DNA of 63,068 bases, counting the filler, from Hausera hauseri (Eukaryota): assembly GCA_046269625.1 (NCBI GenBank). It is 11 parts of 11 records of this genome, joined end to end, with 100 filler letters (N's around TTAATTAATTAA, not from the genome) between each part and the next. Parts side by side here need not be neighbours in the genome. Positions count along the whole stretch, not along the records: positions 1 to 8,269 come from JBJURY010709880.1; positions 8,370 to 14,715 come from JBJURY010109987.1; 9 more parts are not named here. One strand, given 5' to 3'. Below are positions 1 through 11,137 of this stretch, piece by piece. How positions within the stretch are numbered: the first letter of the stretch is position 1; every line of letters begins with the position of its first letter. The notes under the pieces are model-generated. The model searched no databases. It was given only the letters and a program-made list of their open reading frames with translations, and was not told the DNA's origin. The translations under genes were made by a program, and so were the position numbers.

Positions 1-205
1 TTGGTGAATCCGAAATTAGTCCTCATAATTTTTGTTTAAATTTTTTTGTGCCATTGTGTTAATGTGTACTTATTTTCCGATTGGGCGAATCCGAAATTAG
101 TCCTCATAATTTTTGTTACAATTTCTTTGTTCCATTGTGTGAATGTGTACTTATTTTCTGATTTGGTGAATCCGAATTAGTACTCATAATTTTTGTTTAA
201 ATTTT
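1..205. repeat. ~81-bp tandem repeat, about 2.5 copies
   Basis: Unit ttgg(t/gc)gaatccgaaattagtcctcataatttttg...cttatttt recurs at 1, 81 and ~163. Confidence 0.85.
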
Positions 206-332
206 GGTTCAGTCGTGGTTTCACTATTCCCACCCAAAAGTTGTGACAATTTGTCAACATGACAAAAACATAAGACAAAACACAAGACAAAACATGGACA
301 AAACAATTATTAGCTGGACAAAATATTAACAA

Positions 333-535
333 GACAATTACTGAAATATTATATAGATATTTATTAGGTGGACAATTACTCAAATATTATATAGATATTT
401 ATTAGGTGGACTAAACATCAATAAAACACAATTAGTCAAATGTTATATAGATATTTATTCGGTCGACAAAACACAATTAGTCAAATATTAGATGGATATT
501 TAATAGGTCGACAAAAGACAATTAGTGAAATAATA
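333..535. repeat. ~40-bp diverged minisatellite
   Basis: acaatta.t.aaatatta.atagatatttattaggt recurs about 4-5 times. Confidence 0.75.
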
Positions 536-2254
536 TCCAGTATTTATAACAAACAATCAGAGATATGCAAAATATAATAATAGCGTTTCCCTTTATGTTC
601 TGACGAAATAAAATATATCCATCGAATATAGTCTGCAGTTAGTCATGTGCATAGTCAAAATTTATACACGATGAAATATGCTATTGTGAATTAAACCAAT
701 ATATTTTAGATTGACAGAATATCAATGAAACATTATAAATCAAATATTAAAAGAACATTAGCTCGAGAAAATGAACCAAAATTGTATTAAATGTTAAAAT
801 TCCCAATCATCACAGGGGAGAAATTGAACAAGGGTCAAAAATAACCAAATATATAATACATGATAATTTGCATACCTCAATGATAAACTGTCATAACAAA
901 CACCAAAAATTATAAAAAATTAAGCTTCAAAAGTAAACTGGGTATAACATCACCATTTAATCAAAAGAACCATGTACATTAATTATATTACTAAAATAAT
1001 ACAAAAACCATGTAAAACAAATCAATTTATTAAAATATCTCAACTTATGACAAATAATGCATCATGTTGAATAATAATTTCATTTGATTGGAAAACAAAC
1101 TTTAAAGCTACATTCATGATATTGGATTTTCGTTCGAATTTATATGTGACTAAAACATAGATCATACTGTAGAAAAAAAAATTCATGGAATTAATAAATT
1201 GCTACCTGTATAAATAATAGAAACACGAAATGATGTAAAACATCAGTTTCACTCAACTAAGTAACAGCGAATTAATAGTCAATGTAAATACCTGAAAAAG
1301 TAAATAATTAGTAATTTATAACCTTCTATGCAATTAAAGGCTAATTAAAAATGACTTCCGTGAATAATATTCCGGAAGGACAAACTATATACATAAATAC
1401 ACAATAGAGGCAAAGATAATTTCATAACGGATTTGGACCATTACAAACATCAACTGGGTTCTTCATTCGTCAAATGTAATAACAAGGTAAAAATATTTGA
1501 ATAATAATTGACAACAGTAAAGCAGTGATGTAACACGCAGCAACAAAATCCAACTGCCATTTTCAAATGAAATAAATTTAATGAGTAAAATTAATTTAAT
1601 CAAACAAATTTAAACGTACATAATAAACTGAAAGGCAATGATACTTTTATGTTAATCACCATCATATAGAATTTTCCAAATAGTAACCATATATGCTCAA
1701 ATAAAAACGTTAATGATATTTATTTAACATTCTACATGTGTCATTTTTAAAAAACTAATTTAATCAACGCATGTAAATTGTAATATTTCAAATTACACTG
1801 TTAATTTACTTGAATTTTAACAGAATTGAAACAAACATCTGAGTGTCACCGAAATATGTATTGGTCATTGTTATTACAATAAATTTTGTAAAATAAACCC
1901 AAAATCATCTCATATTTAAATGTTTGTTTTATGTCTTTCTAACAAAATGTACATTTAATAATCCGTTAACAATATGTAAAAAGTGGATGAGTATTTATTA
2001 AACATCACTAATATATAGCATGAAATATTGCCTCTTAATCAACTTGCATCTCCCTTTTACAAATTGTTTCGGAAAGCACACAATAGGAATATTGATATCC
2101 ATTGAAAGTAATGATTTCAAAAATGTTTCAAAAAATTTCTGTCATGAGGAAATTATTGACACAACAGACTCGAAGAATTTTTGAAATAAATTTCGTAATT
2201 TTTATGATACTTTGCATAGAAATTAAAAAGCAGATTTAATGTTAGAGAAAAGTC

Positions 2255-2470
2255 CCTTGCACTCTCTAGTCGAATGAACTCCTCAGACTAAATAAGCACA
2301 TTAGAAATGGTGATGTTGGAATTTGGAGTAGAAATATGCGGAGGAAACTTCGTATTTCAGTAAGACAATGCGTCGAAACAAAATTAGAGAAATATTACTA
2401 AGTGGTTTGTAATTAAATTTATTGACATTTTGAACTTGTCTGCATGTCCGGCTGATCTCATCGAGTATAC
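2255..2470 (+). mobile_element. Tc1/Tc3-like transposase remnant
   Basis: Translates as RMNSSD*I..LE...NFVFQ*DNASK and LSACPADL, a decayed FQQDNA / WPxxSPDL DDE core. Confidence 0.7.
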
Positions 2471-3454
2471 AAGAATGATAAGCAGTATAACACAGTGAAA
2501 TATGCTGTAAGACAAGTTTGCATTGAAATTGAAATGTCTGGTATTTATTTTTCCACGTATTTTTGTGTATTTTATTTCAATACATTGATATGCTTTTAAT
2601 TTTTCTTCCACCCAAAAAATTTACTCATTTTACCCAGTTTTCTTGAAATATCTGCATAGGTAATTTGGTTTTCATACTTTTTGATAATTTATCAATATTT
2701 AATAAATACAGTTTATTAGAAATAGAAGTTGAGGAGAAAATTATTAAAACATGTTTGCCTTTAACATTTCTTCCACCGCTGTTTTCAATTCACTGTGAAT
2801 TACGACTGAATAACACTGAATAATCGTGGCATTCAAGGAACAGTTAGCTTTCCGTTGACGTTTGAAAATAAGGAATCAAGTTAAACACCGACTAGCAGTA
2901 AGTTGCTGTTCATTGACAGTTATTTATAAAACCATTGTTTAAATCGCCCCATTGCAACTTTACATAAAAATTCACTGAAATAACGAAAAACAAATAATTC
3001 AGAAACAGCACAAAAAACTCTTTCCTAAAACAAAATGCGATTTTTAAAAGTAATTCTCCAGAAACATGGACAGTTCGGACTTGATACGAATGCATACAGT
3101 CGTTAACGCTTCTAAATAATCAGAAAATACTGAACAATTCACAATGGTATGTTTGGAATTTATTTCTGAACGTTTTACTCCGATATAATAAAAATAAAAT
3201 ATATAGTTTGCTTAAGACACACACATGCACACACACTCTCAGTGGAATATTTATTTCTTAAATCCGTAATTTATTGTGCATTGCATAATCAAACTAACGT
3301 TTCCTTTCAGTTTACCAATGAAAGTCGGTGAGAATTAGTTGAGGATTATAGTTAGCATTTTCTTTTAATTTTAAAAATATTCAATTACCAATATCACAAC
3401 ACAGTTGTCGTAAAAAAACTGTTTCATGCACCAAAATCAACACTAATGCTAACT

Positions 3455-3925
3455 TGCCATGAACAGACAAACCGAATCCACCTCCCATCGTAATACCATT
3501 AAGTAAAGCAACGTATGGTTTCTGATACATTCAAATTAAATGACTCAATTTATACTCGTTTCGAAAAAGCATAGAGGCAAAACTGACGACATTTTTATCT
3601 TTGCTCGTTACTTCACCAATATCTCCACCGGCGCAAAATGCCTTGTCGCCAGAACCTTCTATTAAAATAACATTTATCTGTATAATTAATCTAGAAAACA
3701 ATATTTCAACATTCTTACATTTTTATTATCTTTCCATGACATCATTTCTGGATAAATCATATTTACCATGTTTAGATTTAATGAGTTAAGTGCTTTGGGA
3801 CGATTCAACGTTATTCCTCCACATTTGTTGATTTGTTCTAACAAAACTTGTTGGGAATTGGATATCATACACTTTTGTAAAGTAAGAAGTCGATAAATTT
3901 TTCTGTGGGTCTTCCAAGCAGCCAT
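3455..3925 (-). pseudogene. HIBCH: 3-hydroxyisobutyryl-CoA hydrolase, 5' part, disrupted
   Basis: ITLNRPKALNSLN; 41-nt GT-AG intron 3718-3678; KAFCAGGDI; [22 protein letters not shown]. In-frame TGA at 3533-3531; no recognisable continuation. Confidence 0.85.
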
Positions 3926-4533
3926 GAAATGAAACTACAAATATAAATATCAAAGTTTGTATTGAAAAAAGATCGTTTCAAAAATATTACCAAGCTGAAA
4001 TTGACATTTTGTACTAGTATTTTACTCATGATTCCATATAGATTATTTTGGGTAATTGAATTATTCTCTATTCTGTGTGTAGCTTATTCAGAGTATCATA
4101 TCTGTCAGTCGATGTCTATTATAATTTAGGATAATGTCGACAAGAAGAGAAATAACAAACTTCATCGAAAAATTGACGATTACAAAAATGAAAAATCAAA
4201 AACCGTATATGTAATAGCATTACACAACTGTGTGCATTCTTGTGTTTTGCATAACATAGAATACATCTATATAGAAATAATATTTTATGCTAAGAAAAAA
4301 AACGCATTATTATTAATGCTGTTATATCAAAGAATAATTTATACCATTAAAGCATGTCTATAAAAGGGGAATATCATACAAGCGTCTATTAATTAATAAT
4401 TGTTCACAAAAAATCGGCAGAACGGAAATTCATTTTGTTTTACTGTTGCTTTTCATACACACACGAATTTGTAATTTTCAATTTTAATTGACCATTCATC
4501 GTACGATTTTTCCAATTTTGGAAATATTTAAAA

Positions 4534-7200
4534 ATGGCATCCGCGACTACGGTAATTTTCATCAGTATTCTCAAATTATGGGTTTTTCTTTACGAGTTGA
4601 TAACGTTTCCGTTTTACACATTTTTCAAAAATAACGACGCCAACAAATTGGAGATATCCGCCATGCAAACGAGCGAAAACGAACCGACGAGCGGATGGCG
4701 TCACATCAAGGCACTCAACGGATTAACGACAACTCCCGTGCCTGGCTGTGACACGTTAGTAGCGTTGTGGGATCGGGCAAAAAACGTTTGGGCTGATCGT
4801 AACGCATTAGGGACTCGGGAGGTTTTGTCGACGGAATTGGAGGTGAATAGAATTTATTGTTAATTACAATTTTATCATGTCGGTTAATACTTCAGATACA
4901 GAAAAATGGACGGCAGTTCAAGAAAATGACGTTAGGCTCGTATCATTGGGAAACGTTTTACGAAGTCGATGAGAGAATCAACAACGTTGCAAAGGCGATG
5001 TTGAATGTCGGGCTCGTTCCGGGTAAAGATAAAATCGTCATTTTCAGTGAGACTCGTGCCGAATGGATAATTGTTTCTCAGGCATCATTTAAGACGAATA
5101 TTGTTGTGACGACGTTGTATGCGACATTGGGTGAAGATGCTATAGTTCATGGGATTAATGAGTCAGAGGTAAATCATTAATATGTGTGTGTGCGTTAAGT
5201 TATTTTATAAACTATATAGTTTAATTTTTTATGGAAATTGATATTTTGGAATTTTATTTATTTTGAAATGTGTTAAATTTTATTAATGAAATACAATCAG
5301 AAATTGTTAAATTATAGATTTTTTGATGTTATTACTGATTAAAAATTAATCTAATTTATTGTTTGGTCATTTGTTCTATTCGAAACGTTCTGTTTGACAA
5401 TAACATTCGGTAGTTCTTAGTAAATGGGGTGAATCGGTCACATTTGAAATTTTATTGTTTTATAATTATGTTGATGAAAAATGGAATAGTCCGCATCGTT
5501 TTTATTCATTAATTTGTCTGATGTTATTTGGAGATAGCATAGCATGAAATTTTATTTGAAAATTGAACAAATCCAGAATTTGGTCGGTTTGAATGACGAA
5601 AAAGGATTATTTTCGGTAGGTGGGGTAAATCGGTCATGTCCAAGGAATTCCACTGAAATTTATTTCCGTTGATTAAATTTGCCATGGATTTGAATTTGAT
5701 TTGTGAAAAATTTGAAGAAATTATAATTTCCTGTGATTTCTAATAAACTATATAGATTATTTTTTTAAAGAAGTGTGTGTGTGTGTGTTGGTGATGGTTA
5801 TGACTCTTTGGGTTTTATTACGTAACGATGTGAATAAGAATGTCATCACTGCGGTGTTATTGGGGTGGGGTGGGGGACAAGTGAACAAGACCCCACCATC
5901 AGTATAACGAAATCACCCCCCCTCCATTGTTACTTTGGAAATTCCAAAGTTTCTCGGTAATTCTTACAAATGCCGATTGTTCGATTTTCATTGCGCTAAT
6001 GATATAAAGTCAAACACAGTACTCACTAACTGACTGGACGATTCCAATTATTGCCACGTTGTCCCTTTGATTTAATTATTTGTCATTCCTATTTTTGTAC
6101 TGCAATCAAATGGTAAGCAAAGGCAATTTAACAAACATTTGCTCAATTCTGCTAACCATAGAATGACGACAGAAATATGGGAAAATGTTCGACTAATTAA
6201 CCGACCGAATAGTTCGGTTGTTATTGGCTCGAATTTTCATTTGTACAAAAATACAACTTACATCGAACAACAACAATAATGATAACAGAGCACAGCATTT
6301 CGTAAGTACACAACTAGTTTGACATTAGATTTACAAAATACTGCCGACTAATTAAAGTGTCAACTGCACTCAAATTTCTCTACTTTTACTGGCCATCATA
6401 AATTTCTTTTTAACCTTCCAATATGGCCCCCGTTAAGCTGCTTCTGTTTTTGGTGAGTAGCATTTACTGTCAGCTGAAATGAAATGAAATGATTTGTTTT
6501 CTTTATTGCATACTGGACAAAATGTAACACGTGTTTCATTTCCACACAGGCTGCTGTGGTATTCACCAGTGATGAATTGCTATCGAAAATATCGCCATTA
6601 GTTGTACGTTGTGATTTCGTGAAATATCTCGTGTTCATGGATCACAAAATATTCAAAGAAAAGAATGGCAAAGAAATGACCGAATTGAAAAATAAAATGA
6701 AAATGAAATTGCCAGCGCACGTTGATTTGATGGAACTGTCGAAATTCGAAGAGATCGGCGCCCAGGACGATGATGACATTGTGCAAAATATGACGAACAA
6801 GCCAACCAAAGACAGTCTGGCCATTATTATGTACACGAGTGGTTCGACCGGTGTTCCAAAAGGTGTAGAAATTACTCAGGGCAATGTTGTAGCATCTATG
6901 GCCGGAATGAAAGATATTCTTCCACAATTCAATTCAACTGAAGAGACTTATATTAGTTATCTACCTCTCGCTCACGTCATGGAATTGGTTTGTGAACTGC
7001 TCTTACTCAGTCTCGGCATTAAATTGGGCTACTCGAGTCCACTGACTTTAACGGATACATCGAGCAAAATCAAACATAAAACGAAGGGCGATATTACCGT
7101 TTTAAAACCGACGTTAATGATCTGCGTACCGACAATTCTAGAACGAATTACCAAGGCCGTATGGGATAAAGTTAATGATCAAGGACCGTTTTTCCTTGAG
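4534..7200 (+). CDS. ACSL3/4: Long-chain acyl-CoA synthetase, ACSL3/4 type; exons 4534-4842, 4896-5168, 6550-7200; 3' part not in contig
   Basis: N-terminal hydrophobic anchor, LGTREV, NGRQFKK, TLYATLGEDA, IMYTSGSTGVPKGV, YLPLAHVMEL; GT-AG introns splice in frame. Confidence 0.92.
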
Positions 7201-8269
7201 GTAAAAATTTTTGTTTATTATATATTTTCGCTACTTGACCTTTGATACGATTGTTTAATCGGTTCACAGTACCATATTACAGTGCGTCAATATGTTTACA
7301 ATTTTCTGTATCGAATGTGCGTTTGGTTTACGTTTTAATGCCCTTTGTACAACTAGTAAAGTTTTTCCGATTCCAGAAAGTGACTGCGCAAAAATCGCAA
7401 ATTATCTATCATTTCGTCAACAAGAGAAGAACTCAGTTTTGTAATAAATCTTTCTGCTTCAACTGATGATTGTGGCAATGATGACAAACTAAGCCTTTAG
7501 AATCTCCTTGGTTGCCTCGTAGAACTTCATTTCTTATTTCAAGTGGGAAAGTATGTTTGATGCTTCAACATTTTGAGGGGCAACATTTCTAGAGGATAGA
7601 ATGTCACTGAGTTCTTCAAACGTGCATTTTTTACGGGAGCAACACAGACTACATCTTCATGTTACGTCTTGATTCAACCTTCTGTGACATAATAGGAAAT
7701 TCAAGGTCACAATGGATAACCTTCCCGGTGGAAAAAAAATCATAGAAATTGTAATAGAAAAAGGTGAAAACCTTAGCGCTTTCCATTGAAATATCTATGA
7801 CTTTTTTCCACCATTATCAACACAATAATTGTGACTCCTCTCTCCTTGAACACCGATTGCTTCTAGCCGCAGAAGGATGACGAATGGTCGAGATTACTGA
7901 AGTAAGTAGAGTCGACCTTTCAAGTAATTAAGTAATTACTTACTTGGTTCCACCCCTATGTACAGCTGATTTGGTGTTTTTCGGTTTTCGTGAATATTAA
8001 AATTGCATTTTATCCAATTACGACAAATCATCTACTGACTAATTATTAGTAGACTGTTTTATATTAATTTATAACGTACAGAAATTGTTCCGATGTTTTC
8101 TTTCCTCTACATTTGTCGTTAGTTTGCTATTATTAATGTCTTCATTTGCGCGATATTATAACGTTGAACAGATTCTGCAACATAATTGTCCTCAAAAACT
8201 GACATTTTTATGAAATAAATTGCCTTTTGGTACTTTGATTCTCAGTAATCGTTACTGATAAAATTAAAG

Positions 8270-8369
8270 NNNNNNNNNNNNNNNNNNNNNNNNNNNNNNN
8301 NNNNNNNNNNNNNTTAATTAATTAANNNNNNNNNNNNNNNNNNNNNNNNNNNNNNNNNNNNNNNNNNNN
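8270..8369. other. Artificial contig spacer N44-TTAATTAATTAA-N44; identical spacers at 14716, 20568, 25254, 30017, 35237, 40123, 47066, 53299, 58618
   Basis: Ten identical 100-bp spacers whose core has stops in all six frames. Confidence 0.98.
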
Positions 8370-8510
8370 GTATTTTTAAAAGCAAGTACTTATTTACTTT
8401 TACTTAAGTAAAATATTAATATGGTACTTCTACTTTTACTAGAGTACATTTTTGTCTGTTTATTTGTACTTTTACTTAAGTACAGTGTTTGAGTACTTTC
8501 TCCACCACTG
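8370..8510. mobile_element. End of teleost non-autonomous DNA transposon (hAT-N-like)
   Basis: tactt/aagta-rich array ending gagtactttctccaccactg. Confidence 0.6.
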
Positions 8511-8791
8511 ACTATGAGAAGGTGTTATTTATAAGACTGAGCTGAATACAGTTCCTCAGACTGAAGAAGTCTTTTTGATGAAAAACGAAACGTTTCTACC
8601 TTTTTTTTGTTTGTTTGTTTGTTTTTTGAATGTCCAGAGGACCAGACTTAACTTTTTTAGATTTGATTAATAACGTGTGAACATATACATTTATTTTATT
8701 TTATTAACCTTTATTTATTAACCTTTATTTAACCAGGCAAATCCCACTGAGATCACAGATCTTTTTTGCAAGGGAGGCCTGAGCCTGAAGG

Positions 8792-8967
8792 CAGCCTAAC
8801 ATGCATGTTTTTGGTCTGTAGGAGGAAACCGGAGTACCAGGAGAAAACCCTTGCAAGCATGAGAAGAACATGCACACTCCACACAGAAAGACCCCAGGTC
8901 CAACCGAGGATAGAACCCAGGAACTTCTTGCCGTGAGACAACAGTGCTAACCACTGAGCGGTCGTGC
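8792..8967 (-). mobile_element. Teleost tRNA-derived V-SINE
   Basis: Reverse strand cagtggttagcactg...gcaagaag.tcctgggttc...ctttctgtgtggagt.tgcatgttct...gtactccggtttcctcc...aaaaacatgcatgttagg. Confidence 0.85.
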
Positions 8968-9024
8968 TGATATACACACCAATATATCTTTACAGCGGGT
9001 GTGGGGTAATGTGTGTGTTTGTAT

Positions 9025-9739
9025 GCCTGAAGCCCATATTGTCCAGAAATAACCCGGAAACATTCATTACATCCAGGCTCCACTATTGCAACTCGCTCCT
9101 TTTTGATATCAGTCAGACCTCCATAGCTAGACTTCAACTGGTCCAGAATGCGGCAGCCCAATTTTTAACCAGCACAAGCAAAAAAAGAGCACATTAGACC
9201 CGTTTTGGCCTCCCTGCACTGGCTTTCACTTCACCTTCGAATCCAATTCAAAATGTTATTGTATGTCTATAAATCACTAAACAGCTCTGCCCCCTCCTAT
9301 CTTACTGATCTGCTGCAGCCGTATGTCCCACCACGTTCTGTCAGATCAGCAGACCGGTTGCTCCTCACAGTTCCAGGAACCCATCTCAAGTGCAGAGTTG
9401 ACAGGGCCTTCTCTGTCGCAGCCCAAGACTGTGGAACGAGTTACCTCTGCTTGTCAGACAGGCCCCCTCCCTCACAGTTTTTAAATCTCGCTTAAAAACA
9501 CACTATTATTCCCTGACTTTCAGCACTGTGTGATCTGTGCTGAGCCTGTGTGCATCACACCTTGTTGGTCATATTGCTGTTGTTGGTATCCACTATTGTT
9601 TTTTGTTTCTACATTCGGTTTCCTATTATGTAATCTGTTGCTGTATGCTTGGTCTGTCTGTCCCTGTACAGCACCTTGGTGTGTGCACTGTCACTGTTTA
9701 AAGTGCCTTATAAATAAAGTGGTATGGTATGGTATGGTA
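9025..9739 (+). mobile_element. L2-clade LINE 3' end
   Basis: FITSRLHYCNSLL, LQLVQNAAA, LASLHWL, RAFSVAA; aataaa followed by (TGGTA)n tail. Confidence 0.9.
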
Positions 9740-10014
9740 CACAGTATTAGTGTGTGTGAATGACAAGAGGTTATTCAAACAATTTGTAGAACGGTGCTTT
9801 AAGTTCAGTCCATTTCCTTGTATTAGTATATATTGTATATGTTATATTGTATATAGTATTGCATTGTATTAAAAATATATATAAATTTGTATGCCTCTTT
9901 TATGTCTATTGTTGTCGTTGTTATTCACTGTTGTCATCACTCTTTGTTAAAGAAATCAGGTCTCTTGTAAATTCCCAATTCCTAATGTGTCCAGTTTCAT
10001 AACTTTTTGTCTGT

Positions 10015-10145
10015 CTAAGCAGATCTCACTTGTAAATGAGTCTTCTAGGCTCAATGTGACTTATCTGTCTAAATAAAGGTTGAATGAAAAATGAGTCCCT
10101 GAGGCTCAATGGAATTAACCTGTCTAAATAAAGGTTGAATGAAAA
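10015..10145 (+). mobile_element. Duplicated fish LINE 3' tail (Rex1/L2-like); related inverted tail at ~8715-8782
   Basis: ggctcaatg...ctgtctaaataaaggttgaatgaaaa occurs twice. Confidence 0.5.
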
Positions 10146-10694
10146 GTTGACCGGCAGGTCCATAAATATCAAAACCTGACTTTTCAGCTTTTAAAAGCCT
10201 TCTAATGGATAATCACCTGAGAACCTTAAAACTGATGAAAAGCAAACAAGGCGTACAGCTCCTTGATGCCTATAAAAAACTGAATTTATTTGACAAGAAC
10301 TGATGCCCCTGTCTTTTTCTTTTATGTTTTATTTATATATTTTAGTGTTGGTTTTTCCTTCGTTTAACATTTGACACATTTTTTCGTGTTATATTTTTGT
10401 GTGCCTTTAACATGTACAACCTGAGGTATTTCTTGTGTATACATGCCAAATGATTTTGTACATCTGTTTAAAATGTTTAATAAAAAATATATAAAAAAGG
10501 TCCACAGATATCATATATAAAGGCATGTCCGCCACATCCAATATGGCGGACGCTCGGACGTCCCGCTGGGGCAAGCTCTAGCATATTTTGCTATCCACAT
10601 ATCCTGAAAAAGTTTTCTTTTCCAGGAAAAAGTGTAGGTGGCGAATGTAGAAAGACTGAAAATCCGTCCATTTTGTGATCTGCAACGTCTAAAA

Positions 10695-10996
10695 CCCTCC
10701 CGGAAGTCTCTCTGTTAGCGCATGCGCAAATGAGCTGACGGTCTGTTTGCGCATGCGTAAATGACTGACGGTGCGGATCGTACTTCCGGAACCCGCTCAA
10801 CGGTGGGTTTGGAAAGATGCCAAAACACTCAGGCATTTCTGTGACGTAACAAAGCTTCACTTTGATAAGATGAAAGGATGACGTCCGTTTGGAAAGACGC
10901 CAAAAGATCAAACACCCGCGCCCTGTGACGTCACGGCGAACAACGCATCAAAGGCCAGGCAACAATGACGCACGACAGAGTTTATATAAGGGCGGG
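10695..10996 (+). promoter_or_regulatory. CpG-rich Pol II promoter upstream of kinase gene
   Basis: ETS CCGGAAGT 10700 and ACTTCCGG 10782; NRF1-type GCGCATGCG 10718 and 10749; CRE TGACGTCA 10926; TATATAAG 10983. Confidence 0.7.
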
Positions 10997-11137
10997 AGAA
11001 CAGAATTTGGCTAGCTTCGCAGAAGAGAGCCACGGTGAGAAGTAATTTACAGTTTAAGATTATTCCTTAGTTTCAAACAGATTTTAAAACGTTTTCGCAA
11101 ACAGTCTTTAAGACTTGTTTTGCAAAAAGATTTAAAA

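Noticed and set aside
1-535. CRISPR-like repeat arrays
   Set aside because: Units are contiguous with no unique spacers, the context is eukaryotic and no cas genes are present
3531-3533. Stop-codon reassignment or selenocysteine explaining in-frame stops
   Set aside because: All three stop types occur along with frameshifts and deletions, and the ACSL exons are clean; decay or error is simpler
5420-5645. Paired GGGGT(G/A)AATCGGTCA motifs in the ACSL intron
   Set aside because: Probably a MITE subterminal remnant, but no second end or TSD is visible
8314-8325. Recurrent TTAATTAATTAA palindrome
   Set aside because: Artificial six-frame-stop linker inside N spacers; adjacency across spacers has no biological meaning
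10525-10560. YY1 site AATATGGCGG
   Set aside because: Lies in a short inverted motif that looks like a fish MITE end; cannot be assigned to the promoter
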